Origin: a virus
Length of the DNA stretch: 38,724 nt
Reading direction: 5' to 3' (one strand)
IMG/VR virus record: IMGVR_UViG_3300037423_001082
Span: 1-38,724 of that record
Shown here: piece after piece, positions 7,063 through 13,759 of the stretch
Layout of the letters: the number at the start of each line of letters is the position of its first letter
Position numbering within the stretch: position 1 is the stretch's first letter
Translations under genes and position numbers: made by a program
The notes under the pieces: generated by a model
Database searches by the model: none
Seen by the model: the letters and a program-made list of their open reading frames with translations, nothing else
What the model was told of the DNA's origin: nothing

Positions 7063-7944
7063 TTATCCGGCCTGTTCTTGTGTAGTGACTTCATCGGATG
7101 GCCGATCCGATTGAGCCAAACTTGCTTGGTACTGGGCGCAGAATCGCGAAACTCTGCAGTAACTTTGGCAACGAACGCTTGCGCCTGGGCGAAGCACGAC
7201 TTTAAGCTGCTTATCGAAGCCAACATGAGCCCGTGCGGCATCCTCGTTGTCGTAAAGCTTGACCGCCGTCTTGCGCCCCTCCTTCATGACCGCCCAAACG
7301 TTTGGACGCGCCCAGCGATCTTCAGGTGAGCACTCTGGAAGGTTCAACTTTGCCTGCTGGTGGAGCACCACACGGTTTTGCATAAATATGCGTGCAGCTT
7401 CTGGCTCCCAAAGCTTGATGTCGATGTTTACGACTTGCGCTTGCGGATAGTACGGATCCCGCTCAGCCTCACCCTTTGACCAGTCACGAAGAATGGCGAC
7501 GACTTGAAGCTTCTGCACCTCATGGCCGTGGTGTCTGAGAATCACCGCATACATATTGAGCTGCTTTTCCCACTCAACCATGTCGCCCTTGATAAGCTTC
7601 CAGACAGTCGTGGTCTTATAGTCTGAGAGCGTGCCGTTCTCTTCATAGAGATCCATACCGCCCGAGACAACCCAGCCTGCGACTTCCATTGAAAGCCTGC
7701 GCTCGGCAACGCCCTTGCGGTTTGCGCGTTCTAAGATCGTGTGAATGGACTGGCCGAAGAGACTCCAGATACGATCCGAAACATCCTCTTCAATCTCGCT
7801 TGCGTGCTCACGCTCAAGGACAGTGAGACGCGGTGGGCGAAGAAGTCCCGTCACGCTGATGTCGGCGTTTCCGCGATCGTAACCGTCATTGCGAACGGCA
7901 TCGACAATGGCCTGGGGCAGGTCTAGCTTATTTGTCAGTTTCAT
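7063..7944 (-). CDS. PD-(D/E)XK (RecB/Cas4-like) exonuclease with a C-terminal Cys cluster (293 aa)
   Basis: Motifs GQSIHTILE, GGMDLY, LSDYKTT and QLNMYAVIL, plus ECSPEDRW...CQSYCRVSRFC (four Cys). Confidence 0.7.
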   Translation of the reverse strand: MKLTNKLDLPQAIVDAVRNDGYDRGNADISVTGLLRPPRLTVLEREHASEIEEDVSDRIWSLFGQSIHTILERANRKGVAERRLSMEVAGWVVSGGMDLYEENGTLSDYKTTTVWKLIKGDMVEWEKQLNMYAVILRHHGHEVQKLQVVAILRDWSKGEAERDPYYPQAQVVNIDIKLWEPEAARIFMQNRVVLHQQAKLNLPECSPEDRWARPNVWAVMKEGRKTAVKLYDNEDAARAHVGFDKQLKVVLRPGASVRCQSYCRVSRFCAQYQASLAQSDRPSDEVTTQEQAG

Positions 7945-7978
7945 AAGTTCTCCTTGCCCCTAAATCCCCAAACGTTGT

Positions 7979-8305
7979 TTAACCGGCGTCGTCTTCCGTT
8001 GTGTCCTCGTCTTTCGTGACAAGTTGAAATGCTTCAGCGCCCTGCAGATTGTGCTTTTCCTGAAAGTGCATCAGTTCGGATTCAAAACCAGCAAGTGCTG
8101 CATAAGCCTTCTGCGTGGCTTGACTTGCTTCACGATAAGCTGCGTATGCGGCTTCTGATGCGCGCCTTGCCTGAAGCCATGAGCGTACAAGTTCTTTGTG
8201 GAGAACGTTTACTTCCCAAAGAGTCAGTTCAAGCTTTGGCCCGCCCTGTGTTCTCGGAAGGGCTGCGGCCACGATCTCTTTCAAGAAGTCTGGCTTCGTT
8301 TTCAT
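7979..8305 (-). CDS. Hypothetical helical protein (108 aa; longer GTG-8359 form possible)
   Basis: ATG 8305 is preceded by GGAGA at 5-nt spacing. Acidic C-terminus. Confidence 0.55.
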   Translation of the reverse strand: MKTKPDFLKEIVAAALPRTQGGPKLELTLWEVNVLHKELVRSWLQARRASEAAYAAYREASQATQKAYAALAGFESELMHFQEKHNLQGAEAFQLVTKDEDTTEDDAG

Positions 8306-8367
8306 ACACGTCTCCATCCGCGTCACTTTAGGACGCACTAAGTAAACTTTCTTAGTCACTGAGCTAA

Positions 8368-8664
8368 TTAGCCCGCAGCTTTAAGCCGATCGGCTCCACA
8401 TAGGGGACAGCACATAGCCTCACCCGTCACTTCCTCGAGCGGCAATTTGAGAAGCACCGAAATTCCCGACGCTATGCAAAAGTTCGTCCGCACGCGACCG
8501 TTTAACCACCGCCAAAGCGTGCTTTCGTTGACGCCCAGAGACGAAGCTAAGACGTTGCGCGTAATGTTGAGTTCTTTTCTTCTAGACTCAATCTTTTCTG
8601 CGTTCAGAAGGTATCCAGTGCTGTTTTTAAGCCGTCCGCTGTTCATAACAGCAAAGTATCGCAT
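8368..8664 (-). CDS. XRE-family HTH regulator heading the leftward recombination operon (98 aa)
   Basis: RKELNITRNVLASSLGVNESTLWRWLNG is a Cro/CI-type HTH. C-terminal CCPLCG. The TTG-8748 extension would overlap the divergent gene, so ATG 8664 is preferred. Confidence 0.65.
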   Translation of the reverse strand: MRYFAVMNSGRLKNSTGYLLNAEKIESRRKELNITRNVLASSLGVNESTLWRWLNGRVRTNFCIASGISVLLKLPLEEVTGEAMCCPLCGADRLKAAG

Positions 8665-8684
8665 TAAGCCACGTTCCGCAATGT

Positions 8685-8738
8685 TAAAATGCACTATTGC
8701 GCTACTTACTTTTTTACAATGTAGCCTTATAATGCACT
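8685..8738. promoter_or_regulatory. Divergent promoter/operator region: repeated TTAWAATGCACT and a TATAAT box
   Basis: AATGCACT at 8688-8695 and 8731-8738, 43 bp apart, with conserved TTA(A/T) flanks. TATAAT at 8728-8733 ends 6 nt before ATG 8740. Confidence 0.4.
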
Positions 8739-8739
8739 C

Positions 8740-9339
8740 ATGCGACAAGTCGGCGAAATTCTTGCTGTTAACCTAAAGCAGCTAAGAGGCGACAAGGGCT
8801 GGAAACAGCAAGACCTTGCCGATAAGTCCGGCCTAGGCCTTGAGACAATTAAAAGACTTGAGACAAATACAATCGGGTTCAGCAAACAAACGATTACCCA
8901 ACTCGCGGAAGCTCTTGGAGTAACCGAAGCTAGATTGTTTTTAGACCCTGAAACTAGATACAAGCCCGCGCCCCCCGAAGCCCTTAAGGTCGTCGAGGAA
9001 GCGCTTAAGTTGATGAATGAAAAGGTCCGTGAGCTTGAAGCCGGTTCTGGCGTTAAAGACGTGGCCCGTTTGACTAAAGAACTGGAAAAGGCAAACGCGA
9101 GAATTCGCGACCTTGAAGCGCAGCTAAAAGCGGCGTCCCCTTTTCTTTCTGATGCCGAAACCACACGCAAAGCCATTGAGCTATGGCACTTCTTGCCCGA
9201 AGTCCTGCGCCGCTACTTCGTGGACATCCGGCCGTCTGGGCCTCAACTGCGTCAATTTGTTGAACTGGCTGAACATCATATTGCGATTGAGGCTGCGAAG
9301 CGTAGAAAGATGCGCGGATCTGGCAGTAAAGTCGGTTAA
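8740..9339 (+). CDS. CI-like XRE HTH repressor with a coiled-coil C-terminal domain (199 aa)
   Basis: LKQLRGDKGWKQQDLADKSGLGLETIKRLE is an HTH. Coiled coil KVRELEAG...ARIRDLEAQLK. No Shine-Dalgarno; the -10 box sits directly upstream, suggesting a leaderless mRNA. Confidence 0.7.
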   Translation: MRQVGEILAVNLKQLRGDKGWKQQDLADKSGLGLETIKRLETNTIGFSKQTITQLAEALGVTEARLFLDPETRYKPAPPEALKVVEEALKLMNEKVRELEAGSGVKDVARLTKELEKANARIRDLEAQLKAASPFLSDAETTRKAIELWHFLPEVLRRYFVDIRPSGPQLRQFVELAEHHIAIEAAKRRKMRGSGSKVG

Positions 9340-9663
9340 GATTCCGTCTGCTGCTTCAAAGTCTCCTGCGGTCCAGCAAATTTCCCACTCCATCAACTGG
9401 CGCTTCAAACTCTTGGTATAGACTTCAAGACTGAGCCCATCTGCAAAGAACATGATGAGGGCTTGAATTTCAGTCTTAAGTTTTTCAACTTCTTTTGTCT
9501 CTTCAAAGACAATCGTTGCCAACTCTAGGCTTGGGTTTCGTTTAATCCGCTCACGGAGCGCTTCAATGACAATTTTACGCTCTTGGATGATGTTTACGGT
9601 GTTAAATAATCGGTTCGTGATCTCAAAGGTGCCGTACTCTCGGTACATGAAAAACTCTCCCAT
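9181..9663 (-). CDS. Hypothetical helical protein divergent from the Cro-like gene (160 aa; alternative start ATG 9648)
   Basis: The first ~108 aa look protein-like. The last 52 codons run antisense through the 3' end of the CI-like gene. Confidence 0.45.
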   Translation of the reverse strand: MGEFFMYREYGTFEITNRLFNTVNIIQERKIVIEALRERIKRNPSLELATIVFEETKEVEKLKTEIQALIMFFADGLSLEVYTKSLKRQLMEWEICWTAGDFEAADGILTDFTARSAHLSTLRSLNRNMMFSQFNKLTQLRPRRPDVHEVAAQDFGQEVP

Positions 9664-9768
9664 AAAACAATCGGGGCCTGTGTATATGGATCAACTTAGT
9701 TTGTTTTTCAATGAGATTTGTAGATGTGGAGGAGTTGTTAACAACGCCAGTCTCTGTCGCATCAGTCC

Positions 9769-9821
9769 CCTATCATAATTGATAGGCTTTCCACGCTTGA
9801 TAGGCCGTCTAAACTGATAGG
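9769..9821. promoter_or_regulatory. Operator array: CCTATCA-TAAT-TGATAGG inverted repeat plus two further TGATAGG copies
   Basis: TGATAGG at 9780-9786, 9798-9804 and 9815-9821 (17-18 bp spacing); the inverted arm CCTATCA is at 9769-9775. CATAAT (9774-9779) sits inside the inverted repeat. The last copy abuts ATG 9822. Confidence 0.55.
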
Positions 9822-10013
9822 ATGGCCCATGTGCCCTTGGCTTCAATTCTCAAGAAAAAAGGACTATCCAAGCGCCAATTCGCAAAGCGTCTAAATGTCC
9901 GTTATGAGAATGTATTTCGTTTCTTTAGGCCAAGTTATGATCCTAAGCTCTCCATGCTTACAAGATGGGCCAAGGCCATTGGGTGCAAGGTTCGAGATCT
10001 GATTAAAGAATAA
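9822..10013 (+). CDS. Cro-like small XRE HTH protein (63 aa)
   Basis: KKKGLSKRQFAKRLNVRYENVFRFF is an HTH. The size and the upstream operators fit a Cro-type regulator. Confidence 0.7.
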   Translation: MAHVPLASILKKKGLSKRQFAKRLNVRYENVFRFFRPSYDPKLSMLTRWAKAIGCKVRDLIKE

Positions 10014-10107
10014 CTAGCCAACTGTATTAGAGTTAGACACCTCTAATAAACAATTCCCAATAGAATCAATCAGTCGGAACGGCACGTTATATGCTGCATA
10101 AATATGC

Positions 10108-10365
10108 ATGAAGCGTGTGGTTCTCATATTGATGGCAGGTTTAATGTTTAACGGATGTGCCCGCGTTTGGGTCCGCCAAGACATGCAGCAAGACAAGTCT
10201 TATAAGATTGAAGTCAGCGGAAATGGCTTCACTTCGCTGGATACCACGAAAGAAGAAGCCTATAGGCGTGCATCCCTACTCTGTCGCAACGGCTATCAAA
10301 CGAATTCAGACATTCCAGATGATGCCGTTAAGCCAAGCTATACGCTTGTGGTGGTGTGCAAGTGA
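10108..10365 (+). CDS. Putative lipoprotein (85 aa), moron / superinfection-exclusion candidate
   Basis: Signal MKRVVLILMAGLMFNG-C (non-canonical lipobox). The mature part has two further Cys. Confidence 0.5.
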   Translation: MKRVVLILMAGLMFNGCARVWVRQDMQQDKSYKIEVSGNGFTSLDTTKEEAYRRASLLCRNGYQTNSDIPDDAVKPSYTLVVVCK

Positions 10366-10511
10366 ATACCGGATCAGCCATCCTTCTAATGATTGCAAGC
10401 GTGGCACGCGTTGGCCTACTGGTCTTTACGATCGCATCAGCTATCGCTGGCCCTGTGGTCGGCGCATGCGTGACGGCAATGTTTCTCTTTGCGGGTAAGC
10501 GCTCTAGTTAG
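10362..10511 (+). CDS. Small two-TM membrane protein (49 aa, GTG start; ATG 10389 alternative)
   Basis: VNTGSAILLMIASVARVGLLVFTIASAIAGPVVGACVTAMFLFAGKRSS. GTGA overlap with the lipoprotein stop. Not in the ORF track (<60 aa). Confidence 0.35.
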   Translation: MNTGSAILLMIASVARVGLLVFTIASAIAGPVVGACVTAMFLFAGKRSS

Positions 10512-10912
10512 TACGAATAGGTCCAGCGCCGCTCTTTATCATCGCGCAGATCCACATGCACCCAAGCCTTGCCCACCCCCACGGCTTTAAATCCCACCGC
10601 ACGCGCAGCCTCTTCAAGCTCCACCCCCAAGTGATGGCCAGTCTTAATGTCCGCAGCCTTCCCCTCTTGGTGCTCTGATCTCCCACGCGCCGTCTCAAAT
10701 CCCATCTCTCTGAGCTCTTCCTGGTGATGATCGCAGCGATACCCTGAAGTAATCTTGATCGGAAATGCGAGCATGTCGCGCATCTCTTGAAGCTTCAGCA
10801 CCAGCTCATCATCGATGAACGTTTGCGAGCAGTGATCGCATGGGCAGTCAAACTCACGCGCCTTGAAGTCCTTCGTGATCTGCTCATCACTTCCCTTCTG
10901 GTATACGCTCAT
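10508..10912 (-). CDS. Peptidase M15-family endolysin (zinc D,D-/L,D-peptidase type, 134 aa)
   Basis: SGYRC..HH, SEHQEGKAADI and WVHVDLR form the H-D-H zinc triad pattern of M15 peptidases. AGGAGG lies 5 nt upstream of ATG 10912. Confidence 0.8.
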   Translation of the reverse strand: MSVYQKGSDEQITKDFKAREFDCPCDHCSQTFIDDELVLKLQEMRDMLAFPIKITSGYRCDHHQEELREMGFETARGRSEHQEGKAADIKTGHHLGVELEEAARAVGFKAVGVGKAWVHVDLRDDKERRWTYSY

Positions 10913-10948
10913 AGGCCCTCCTAGCCTGATTGAGATTTCACTTTACTA

Positions 10949-10976
10949 TTGCCAAGATAGCAAACTTCGTTAAAGT
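10949..10976 (+). promoter_or_regulatory. Sigma70-like promoter TTGCCA-16-TAAAGT upstream of terS
   Basis: -35 at 10949-10954 and -10 at 10971-10976, in the divergent endolysin/terS intergenic region. Confidence 0.35.
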
Positions 10977-11012
10977 GTTCTCTAAAGTAGACCGGAATAG
11001 AAAGGATTTCTT

Positions 11013-11417
11013 ATTCCAAGGCCCAAAGGCTCGCCAAAGACTGGCGGTAGAACCAAAGGCACGCCGAACAAAAAGACCGAAGCGCTCACTGATCGCATGG
11101 AGCAGCTTGGAGTTGATCCATTTGAGATTCTCCTCTTCTTCGCCAAGGGCGATTGGAAATCTCTGGGCTATGAGCAGGCCACGCGCACCTACTTCACGGC
11201 TGCTGGCATTGAAGCCGAAGAAGAGATCATTAAGCCAGAACTCAGGATGCAGGCCGCAAAAGAGGCTTGTCAGTACGTGCTGCCAAAGCGGAAAGCGACC
11301 GAGATGACGATCACTGATGAAGCGCGCATGAAAGAGATTGAGCGCATGAGTGACATGAGTGACGCCGATCTTGAGGCAGAGCTTAAGCGCATGGGGTTTG
11401 AGAGGATCAAGCAATGA
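11013..11417 (+). CDS. terS: Terminase small subunit, proposed ATT start (134 aa; track ORF begins at ATG 11097)
   Basis: The in-frame upstream codons encode RPKGSPKTGGRTKGTPNKKTEALTDR, the basic arm typical of this terS type, followed by GVDPFEIL...AAKEACQYVLPKRKA. GAAAGGA lies 6 nt upstream of ATT 11013. Confidence 0.55.
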   Translation: MPRPKGSPKTGGRTKGTPNKKTEALTDRMEQLGVDPFEILLFFAKGDWKSLGYEQATRTYFTAAGIEAEEEIIKPELRMQAAKEACQYVLPKRKATEMTITDEARMKEIERMSDMSDADLEAELKRMGFERIKQ

Positions 11418-12364
11418 GAGAAACCCTTTACGTTATCGCAGTCATCTCAAATCCAGTGCGATACGATAGTCGGCTTAAACTCTATCGCCAGTTCAAAAAA
11501 CATATGGAGGAATCCAAGGATGTTCACCTGACAACGGTTGAGCTTGCCTATGGAGATCGCCAGTTTGAGATCACCGACGCTCACAACCCCGATCATGTAC
11601 GCTTAAGAACGCGGCACGAACTCTGGCACAAAGAGAACATGATTAACGTGGGACTCAATCACGTTAGAAAGCATCATCCCCACGCAAAATATGTAGCATG
11701 GATTGATGCCGACATCGAATTTCTGCGACGAGATTTTGCGATCGAGACCATTCACCAACTCCAGCATTACGACGTCGTTCAGATGTGGCAGCACTGCATT
11801 GACCTTGGACCAAGCGGCGAGAAGATCGCCGATCACTACTCTTTCATGCGTCAATACGTATCCGGCGCACCCTATTGCTACGGCGGCGCGAACATGCAGT
11901 ATCACAAGCTCTGGCACCCAGGGTATGCGTGGGCGGCAAGAGTTGAGGCACTTGATCACTTGGGCGGACTACTTGATAAAGCAATCCTTGGCGCTGGAGA
12001 TAACCACATGGCTCACGCGCTTGTGGGACTTGCGGACGTGACAATCGGTAAGGGCTTGCATCCGAGCTATGCAAAGCATCTCAACATCTGGGCCGCACGT
12101 GCCGAGCGGTATATCCGAAGAAACGTCGGAGTGGTGCCCGGAACGATCGTCCACTACTGGCACGGCAAGAAAAAAGACCGTCGCTACCACGATCGATGGA
12201 AGATCCTGGTCAATCATCAGTATGACCCAGACATGGATTTAAAACGCGACAGCCAGGGAATTTATCAACTTGCTGACCATGGCGACGTCCGCTCAATCAA
12301 GTTCAGAGATGATTTGCGCGGGTATTTTAGAAGTCGCAACGAAGATTCCATTGATACCGAATGA
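11414..12364 (+). CDS. GT-A-fold glycosyltransferase-like protein (316 aa)
   Basis: LYVIAVISNP N-terminal strand, DxD-type WIDADIEF, then WHPGYAWA...GAGDNHMA...HGKKKDRRYHDRW. No TM segments. ATGA overlap with terS. Confidence 0.45.
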   Translation: MRETLYVIAVISNPVRYDSRLKLYRQFKKHMEESKDVHLTTVELAYGDRQFEITDAHNPDHVRLRTRHELWHKENMINVGLNHVRKHHPHAKYVAWIDADIEFLRRDFAIETIHQLQHYDVVQMWQHCIDLGPSGEKIADHYSFMRQYVSGAPYCYGGANMQYHKLWHPGYAWAARVEALDHLGGLLDKAILGAGDNHMAHALVGLADVTIGKGLHPSYAKHLNIWAARAERYIRRNVGVVPGTIVHYWHGKKKDRRYHDRWKILVNHQYDPDMDLKRDSQGIYQLADHGDVRSIKFRDDLRGYFRSRNEDSIDTE

Positions 12365-12374
12365 AAGGACTCCC

Positions 12375-12575
12375 ATGAAATCGATCAAATCCCAGTTCCG
12401 ACTCAGAGGCTTTGTCTGCCCAAATTGCAAGGAAGAGATGCAGGTGTTTGGAAACCATGAGGCACCAGCGGTTTGCTCGCATTGCAACATGGTGCTGTTA
12501 AATCCTGAGCCTGCTTACGATCAGCTTGTGACGACTGTGAAAACGATTGAGCCGCTCAACGGAAAGAGCGAATGA
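12375..12575 (+). CDS. Zinc-ribbon protein (66 aa)
   Basis: CPNC...(16 aa)...CSHC. AAGGA lies 5 nt upstream of ATG 12375. Confidence 0.55.
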   Translation: MKSIKSQFRLRGFVCPNCKEEMQVFGNHEAPAVCSHCNMVLLNPEPAYDQLVTTVKTIEPLNGKSE

Positions 12576-12844
12576 CACTCATCGAAGCCATTAAGAGCGG
12601 GAAGAAGTTCAAGCGAGCGATGCACACGCCGATCATGTGGGTGTCTGCTAATCCGGTCAGACTAACACTCGACGTTCGCGATATTCTAGCCGACGACTGG
12701 GAAGTGGAAGAGAAGAAGGTCACGATTACACGCGCCGACTTTGATTCCGCATGTGAGCGTGCAGAAAAGAAGAATGTGAACAAGTTCGGGCTCCCAATAT
12801 GTTTGGGATGTGATTACATCGCCAAGGAGCTAGGTCTTGACTGA
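12572..12844 (+). CDS. Small protein with a shortened DUF2829-like N-terminal module (90 aa)
   Basis: MTLIEAIKSGKKFKR...DILADDWEVEE resembles the N- and C-terminal hallmark motifs of DUF2829. ATGA overlap with the preceding gene. Confidence 0.4.
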   Translation: MTLIEAIKSGKKFKRAMHTPIMWVSANPVRLTLDVRDILADDWEVEEKKVTITRADFDSACERAEKKNVNKFGLPICLGCDYIAKELGLD

Positions 12845-13256
12845 TTTGCAAGTGCACCTGATGCAGCCCAGCGAGCTTGCCTATGTGAAAGCCACATGGC
12901 TTAAGCACTACAAAGAGCACTCAGACTTTGCGCGTCCTATCCGCGATTCAGTCTACTATCCGGCGCACTCTAGGATCGTTGACCACATTTTGCGAAAGCC
13001 ACAGACGCGTGCGATCATCGCCGCTCACATCGATGAGCCTGATGTCATCTTGGGCTTTCTTGTTTACGAGATGATGGATCCAGTCGTGATTCACTATGCG
13101 TATGTGATGAGTCGTGCTCGCCAGCTTGGAGTTGCTACAGCGATGCTTAAGGCTGCGGAGATTGAACCAAGCTTTGTCTTCACCCACCGCACGCCCGACG
13201 CCAAAGCCATCCAGGCTAAGAATCCAAACCTTACGTATGACCCTTATAGGCTTTAA
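12837..13256 (+). CDS. GNAT-family acetyltransferase-like protein (139 aa; TTG start, ATG 12861 alternative)
   Basis: ILGFLVYE...VIHYAYVMSRARQLGVATAMLKAA matches the GNAT beta4-alpha3 R-x-x-G-x-A acetyl-CoA motif. Confidence 0.55.
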   Translation: MTDLQVHLMQPSELAYVKATWLKHYKEHSDFARPIRDSVYYPAHSRIVDHILRKPQTRAIIAAHIDEPDVILGFLVYEMMDPVVIHYAYVMSRARQLGVATAMLKAAEIEPSFVFTHRTPDAKAIQAKNPNLTYDPYRL

Positions 13257-13265
13257 GGAGACACC

Positions 13266-13547
13266 ATGGGCATAAAGAATCACACGCTAGGCGAGACACG
13301 ATACCTCACCTATCAACTCATCTTCCCAGGCGATAAGGATGTGTGGACTGATCAGGAGCCCTTTTGGGGCCCGCTGGACACATGGCTTAGGCTCACCACC
13401 TTTGCGCGCCGGCCAGATGTGTGCGCTGAACTTCTAATTAAGGGCGAAGCAAGGTGGAAGGACACCAACGGCGTCACTCACAAGCTCAGTATTGATACAC
13501 AGGAGCGCCCGCGAGTTTGGGGCACAAAGAAAGGCAAAAGAACATGA
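13266..13547 (+). CDS. Hypothetical protein (93 aa)
   Basis: GGAG lies upstream of ATG 13266. Trp-rich, protein-like composition. Confidence 0.5.
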   Translation: MGIKNHTLGETRYLTYQLIFPGDKDVWTDQEPFWGPLDTWLRLTTFARRPDVCAELLIKGEARWKDTNGVTHKLSIDTQERPRVWGTKKGKRT

Positions 13548-13759
13548 AGGGCAAAAAGATCGTCAACATTCAGTGCCACGTAGGGATTCACCAGCTTGCA
13601 GGCCAGCAGAATCTCAATATGGCAAAGCTTAAGGAAGCATCAGCTGAGATGAACGCCGTTGGCGTGTTGGTGAAAGCCACGCAAGGCACCGTTAAAAAGC
13701 AGATCCTGATTCCATTTGCCAACATTCAGCACATTGAACTTGTTGATGAGAAGGAATGA
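13544..13759 (+). CDS. Hypothetical protein (71 aa)
   Basis: ATGA overlaps on both sides (13544-13547 and 13756-13759) indicate translational coupling into terL. Confidence 0.5.
   Translation: MKGKKIVNIQCHVGIHQLAGQQNLNMAKLKEASAEMNAVGVLVKATQGTVKKQILIPFANIQHIELVDEKE

Noticed and set aside
8727-9176. 149-aa minus-strand ORF
   Set aside because: It is a Ser/Ala-rich exact-antisense shadow of the CI-like gene.
10157-10498. 113-aa ORF overlapping the lipoprotein gene
   Set aside because: It is an alternative frame of the lipoprotein gene with an Arg/Trp/Cys-rich composition. The 49-aa two-TM ORF in the third frame (10362..10511) is more gene-like.
10930-11307. 125-aa TTG-start ORF as an independent gene
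   Set aside because: It is a Lys/Arg-rich +1-frame shadow of terS, and its 5' part contains a promoter-like TTGCCA-16-TAAAGT. It is kept only as the less likely frameshift donor in the terS finding.
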